Of a stretch of DNA of 64,000 bases, positions 58,337 through 64,000 are shown one piece after another. The DNA lies in assembly GCA_017654855.1 (NCBI GenBank), contig CM030334.1, positions 1,612,001 to 1,676,000 of the forward strand, given 5' to 3'. Both the position numbers and the translations under genes were made by a program. This stretch comes from Podospora anserina (taxonomy: Eukaryota). The notes beneath the pieces were generated by a model that worked only from the letters and a program-made list of their open reading frames with translations, ran no database searches and was not told where the DNA came from. The first letter of the stretch is position 1, and each line of letters opens with the position of its first letter.

Positions 58337-61300
58337 CTAAAGAAGCCCCCCATGCAACTCCCCCAACAACCCCTCAAACTCCTTCCTCGCCCTCTTCCTT
58401 TCCACCTCCCCCACATCCTCCAACAACTCCCCCTCCTCCTTCCCCCTGATAATCCCCCACGCCCTCCTAAACTCATCCCTGATCTTGACAATCCCCTGGT
58501 GCGTCACCGTCCTGGCAACATTGTGATCCGTCTCAAACGGGTCCTCCACCGCAAACAAAAACCTGAGCCTGACCTCCTTTACTTCACCACCGCCACCACC
58601 ACCCGGAGTCCCAACACCACTACCACCACCGCCCGGAGACAAAACCCCCCCCACACTCCCCGGCGACAAAACCCCCCCTGCCGGACTCTCCACCACCGTC
58701 TTCGCCCCCGTCCACCCCTTCTCAACCTTGCTCATGAAACCCCCCTGCCTCCTCAAACAAATCACATCCCTCCCCCAATCAAAACCCTTCCCCGTCCTGT
58801 GGTTATTATGGGCATAATACTCGAAAAAGCCCCTCAACAACATCCCCAAACTCTCCCTGTTCATCGTCAGCTCGTTCCCCTTCGCCAGCCTCTCAATCTG
58901 CGCCTCGTCTCGCCAAAAGTGGATGGGGTACCCCTTGCACATCTGTGGCGGCTGCCCAGACGGGCCGAGGAGCTGCAAGTTAGGCACCACAAACGGCCGC
59001 GCAACGTTGATAAGGTAGTGCAGCATCATGATCGCATACCCGTAACTCCCCAGCGTGCCCCGGTAGGGCGAGTTAATTTGCCTCACCTTGGCCCAGTGCT
59101 TGACAAACAAGATGAGCGGCCTGACCCTCGGATCGCAGAGGGAGTAGCACCTCAGCAGGGTCGTGTTCTCCACCGCTAGATGAGCAGAGAAGTTGATGTC
59201 GCACTGGACGCCTATGTTCGACTTTGGGAACTCGAGACGGTCTCTGTGCAGATCTCGAGGTTGGTTGGGCGGTTCAATGGCTGGGTCCCCCAGCTGCTTG
59301 ATCGTTGCCATGAGCTCATCGGATTCATCCGGCAGGGGAACAGCCAACTCGCCAGTCTTGTCGTTCTTCGTCATCGGTCCCCGAAGCAGAGCAACATAAC
59401 ACCTCACCAAACTCGCCGCCGGTTCCTGATATTGCCCTTTCTGGAGACACCTCTCATAATCCAGCGCAAGCTGGAGACTCTTGTGCCGTTTCGCCACGGC
59501 TCCCAACGTTGAGGCGTAGGGGAATTTCGAAAACTCATCCACCTGCTCGCGAACCTCGCTGTTCCAGATGCCGTTGATGTAATGTCGTATAACAATCGGA
59601 AGGATCGTGTCCCCAGTTGACGACTCGTCGCACCCGCCCAGCTCAACGAGCAACTGATTCGCCCTTTTGTGAAAAGCCACCACCGGCTCATGCGGCATCT
59701 GCGCAAGATGAAGAAGCGCAAGCGACGGAATCCGTTTCAGCGTCTCAACATAGTTCTGGACTTCCTTCTGATACGTCAGCGGATCCTGACCGACATTGCT
59801 GCGGTGCATGAGGTCCCTCCAGCGTGCCAAGGTGGCAAAAGACCGCCGCTCCGAATTATCGTCTTTTTCTTGTACCGGTCGATCTTCCCACGACTGAGCC
59901 AGCATCTCTCCTTCGATCTGGAACAAAACCCCCAACAGGGTCCTCGGCAGTTTCAAGGTGAGAAGTTCGTGTTCGTTCAGATTCCTGGAATTCAACAGCG
60001 CCTCCCGCACCTTCTCGTTGGCAACACCCCGCGCAAACGCCAGACAGACCCGATTGAGAGGCTCGATCCACTCGGGCGTCATCGAGGAGACGTTGGTGTG
60101 GGTTATGTCGTAGCCCCCAAGCTTTCGAAGAACCTTCTTGGCGGCGTTGTGGTAATTCGTCAGACTCCGTCCATCTTGCTTGAGAGACTGAAGTAGCTGC
60201 TCGGGAGTAGATACCGCTTCACTTTCCTCGACAACACGTGCCGGCTGTTGACTTTCGCTTCCAGGCGCAGGAGGCGGTTGTGCTTCCTCAGCTCCCCGGA
60301 TAGGCTCAACCTCGTCATGCGCATCCTCTACATCAACCTCGGCCTCTACCGCTCCCTTTTCCCAGTCCTCTCTTTCCTTCAACAGCGCAACCCGTAACTC
60401 CTCTGGCGGCTTCTCACAAATCTTGATGATAGGCACTCTGGTCCGGGTAAGCAGCCTCGCACCCAACCCCATGTCAAGAAAAGCCTTTTCGATCAGCCTC
60501 GGTATCGGAGAACCTGATGCCTCTGGTTGAGGGTCCAACAACGGGGCAAACAGGCCCAAGTCCATATCCGCGTCCTTGGTTGCAAACCCAGACATCAGAC
60601 TTCCAAAACACTTCAGCTGGACACTCTCTCGTGGAAACCACGGTTCGCCGGCTTTTTCGTTCTCGAAATTGGTAATGACATCCCGGACGACCTGCTCAAT
60701 CCTGACTCGGAAAGCCTCCTTCTCTTGAATCTCAGCGGGATTGATCTCGGCATTTGCAACGACTTCGTTGCAGATGTTCTCCAGATGTTGTGCCTGCGCC
60801 AGAACCTCCCTAGTAATGCTAAATGCACTGCCACTACCCACAGTTTGATGACGGTGAGGGTGTGGCGGCTGGTTCCTAAACCGAGGTGACTGAAGGTCGG
60901 GCCGCACGGGCGACGGAAGGGCTGGGGTGATGACATCCACGGGATACTGTTCCGCAGGAGAATTCATTTGTTTGGGGCCCTGATAAGATCGCGAGACTTG
61001 GTGCCGCGGTTGTGTGAACGGAACGCCGCCTTGACCTGGGTCAGGTGGGAGAAAAGTAGCCGAGTGAGGCCGGTAAGCTGGTGTTTCTCCCTGCAAAACG
61101 CCACCGTTGCCTTGAGGTCCCCGGGCTTGTGGCCATCCATGAGGCTGACCGCCACCGCTGCCGCCGCCTTGCCTCTGGTTAGGTGGGAGGAAAGTAGCTG
61201 AGTGAGGCCGGTAAGCTGTTGCTTCTTCCTGTAAAACACCACGACCGTTGCCTTGAGGTCTGTGGTTAGCACGCTGTCCCTGCCAATGGCCGCCTCCCCT

Positions 61301-61747
61301 GCCTCCACTGCCTCGAGACTGATGGCCATGGCCACCACGCTGCTGTTGGTTGAACTGTTGCTGGTTTTGATGGTGTTGGGAATTCTGCCGTTGATGCTGA
61401 TGCTGAGGCTGATGCTGAGGCTGAGGCTGATGCTGATGCTGATGCTGATTCTGATGCCGGGACACCGGCTGTGGTAGAATCTGAGGTTGGGATACCGGCG
61501 GTGGTAGAACCAGAGGCCGAGGGTCGATGGGGATGGTGAGTTGAGCAGCCAGCTCGCGACGCTGACTCTGGTTCAGACGCTTCTGACGCTTCTGTCCAGA
61601 GGCATCCACCACGACCTGAGTCTCAGCAATAACCCCCTGCTGCTGCGGTCCAGCAGTAGACGGGCCTTGACTTGCAATCGTCATATTCCCAAAGCGATCC
61701 TCGAGGCCCTGGCCAGGTTGACCAGATGGAGGAGGAGGTTGTGCCAT
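58337..61747 (-). CDS. Cid1-family non-canonical nucleotidyltransferase (terminal uridylyltransferase-like)
   Basis: FGSLMSGFATKDADMDL, RTRVPIIK, QCDINF, FVKHWAK, GTLGSYGY, nucleotide-recognition motif VEDPFETDHNV; Q/H/G-rich N-terminus. Confidence 0.92.
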   Translation of the reverse strand: MAQPPPPSGQPGQGLEDRFGNMTIASQGPSTAGPQQQGVIAETQVVVDASGQKRQKRLNQSQRRELAAQLTIPIDPRPLVLPPPVSQPQILPQPVSRHQNQHQHQHQPQPQHQPQHQHQRQNSQHHQNQQQFNQQQRGGHGHQSRGSGGRGGGHWQGQRANHRPQGNGRGVLQEEATAYRPHSATFLPPNQRQGGGSGGGQPHGWPQARGPQGNGGVLQGETPAYRPHSATFLPPDPGQGGVPFTQPRHQVSRSYQGPKQMNSPAEQYPVDVITPALPSPVRPDLQSPRFRNQPPHPHRHQTVGSGSAFSITREVLAQAQHLENICNEVVANAEINPAEIQEKEAFRVRIEQVVRDVITNFENEKAGEPWFPRESVQLKCFGSLMSGFATKDADMDLGLFAPLLDPQPEASGSPIPRLIEKAFLDMGLGARLLTRTRVPIIKICEKPPEELRVALLKEREDWEKGAVEAEVDVEDAHDEVEPIRGAEEAQPPPAPGSESQQPARVVEESEAVSTPEQLLQSLKQDGRSLTNYHNAAKKVLRKLGGYDITHTNVSSMTPEWIEPLNRVCLAFARGVANEKVREALLNSRNLNEHELLTLKLPRTLLGVLFQIEGEMLAQSWEDRPVQEKDDNSERRSFATLARWRDLMHRSNVGQDPLTYQKEVQNYVETLKRIPSLALLHLAQMPHEPVVAFHKRANQLLVELGGCDESSTGDTILPIVIRHYINGIWNSEVREQVDEFSKFPYASTLGAVAKRHKSLQLALDYERCLQKGQYQEPAASLVRCYVALLRGPMTKNDKTGELAVPLPDESDELMATIKQLGDPAIEPPNQPRDLHRDRLEFPKSNIGVQCDINFSAHLAVENTTLLRCYSLCDPRVRPLILFVKHWAKVRQINSPYRGTLGSYGYAIMMLHYLINVARPFVVPNLQLLGPSGQPPQMCKGYPIHFWRDEAQIERLAKGNELTMNRESLGMLLRGFFEYYAHNNHRTGKGFDWGRDVICLRRQGGFMSKVEKGWTGAKTVVESPAGGVLSPGSVGGVLSPGGGGSGVGTPGGGGGGEVKEVRLRFLFAVEDPFETDHNVARTVTHQGIVKIRDEFRRAWGIIRGKEEGELLEDVGEVERKRARKEFEGLLGELHGGLL
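61025..61260. repeat. ~95-bp internal direct duplication within the TUTase N-terminus
   Basis: PQGNGRGVLQEEATAYRPHSATFLPP and PQGNGGVLQGETPAYRPHSATFLPP, also near-identical in DNA. Confidence 0.9.
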
Positions 61748-62367
61748 TTTCCACACAATGACCCGTCTGACTTTTGGAACCCCTCGACGGCGTGCCAGTC
61801 AATGCTGTGGGTATGGAAAAACGAGGGTTGGCCTCATAGGGCTAGTTAGGGAGAAGGTCGCCGGCGTGGTAGCTATTATTGACTAGCTTGGGTTCACAAT
61901 GGCGCCGCGTAGAGCTATACGGGAGTATGTAACCAGCCTTGTTTGGCTTGGTCGAAAAAGTATGAATGAAAGCCGAGTTGGCAGAATTTGCAAACGCGTC
62001 TGACAATGCTGGGTAGAAGGTAATGATGATCCCAAAGTAGTAGCTGTTTTGCCAGCCGCAGCAGACTGGTAGAGCCTCTGGAGGAAAGTTGTAGAATTCT
62101 CGGTCAAGGTTGTAGAGCAACAATTATTTCATTGCTGGTGAGGGAAACAACTTCAGCGAATGACCCCACTTATCGCTGTGAGTTGGGAGCGATTCGGAAA
62201 GCGCCAAGGGTTACCGTGCACGGGCCATATCAGCTGGACCTTTGAGACAACCAAGCAGGAAAGTGGTCTTGGATGATTATTTTACTTTTTTTTATTGGGC
62301 TGCGAAAATCGCTGGTCTAGATATGGTCTATCTGCAATGTTCATCACGCTAGATCCGCTACTTCCAC

Positions 62368-64000
<1,633 letters not shown>

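Overview
Eukaryotic DNA from a filamentous ascomycete. Short GT-AG introns with CTRAC branch sites, the gene content, and C-rich gene starts with G-rich gene ends suggest Sordariales (Podospora-like; inference). About 20 protein-coding loci: chitin synthase, Hsp110/Hsp88, SNF2-RING helicase, Aim41, a 10-intron LaeA-like methyltransferase, Lsb6 PI4-kinase, Irc3, Rrn5, a 2H-EEP-poly(A) polymerase-MJ1316 fusion, a small 4-TM protein, a TM/WW-repeat gene, a QutR/GaaX-like repressor with a divergent Zn2Cys6 partner, a Cid1-type TUTase, a partial CTP synthase and several orphans. No RNA genes, transposons or CRISPR arrays were recognised. Highlights: (1) the WW-repeat gene is a single 831-codon frame broken only by three in-frame TAG codons, as expected for a substrate of sexual-stage A-to-I stop-correcting editing; (2) an orphan repressor/activator module with a truncated, atypical activator; (3) a stop-free, in-frame Hsp88 intron encoding an NLS; (4) a predicted single-chain RNA end-healing and tailing enzyme. 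Exon boundaries were read by eye.
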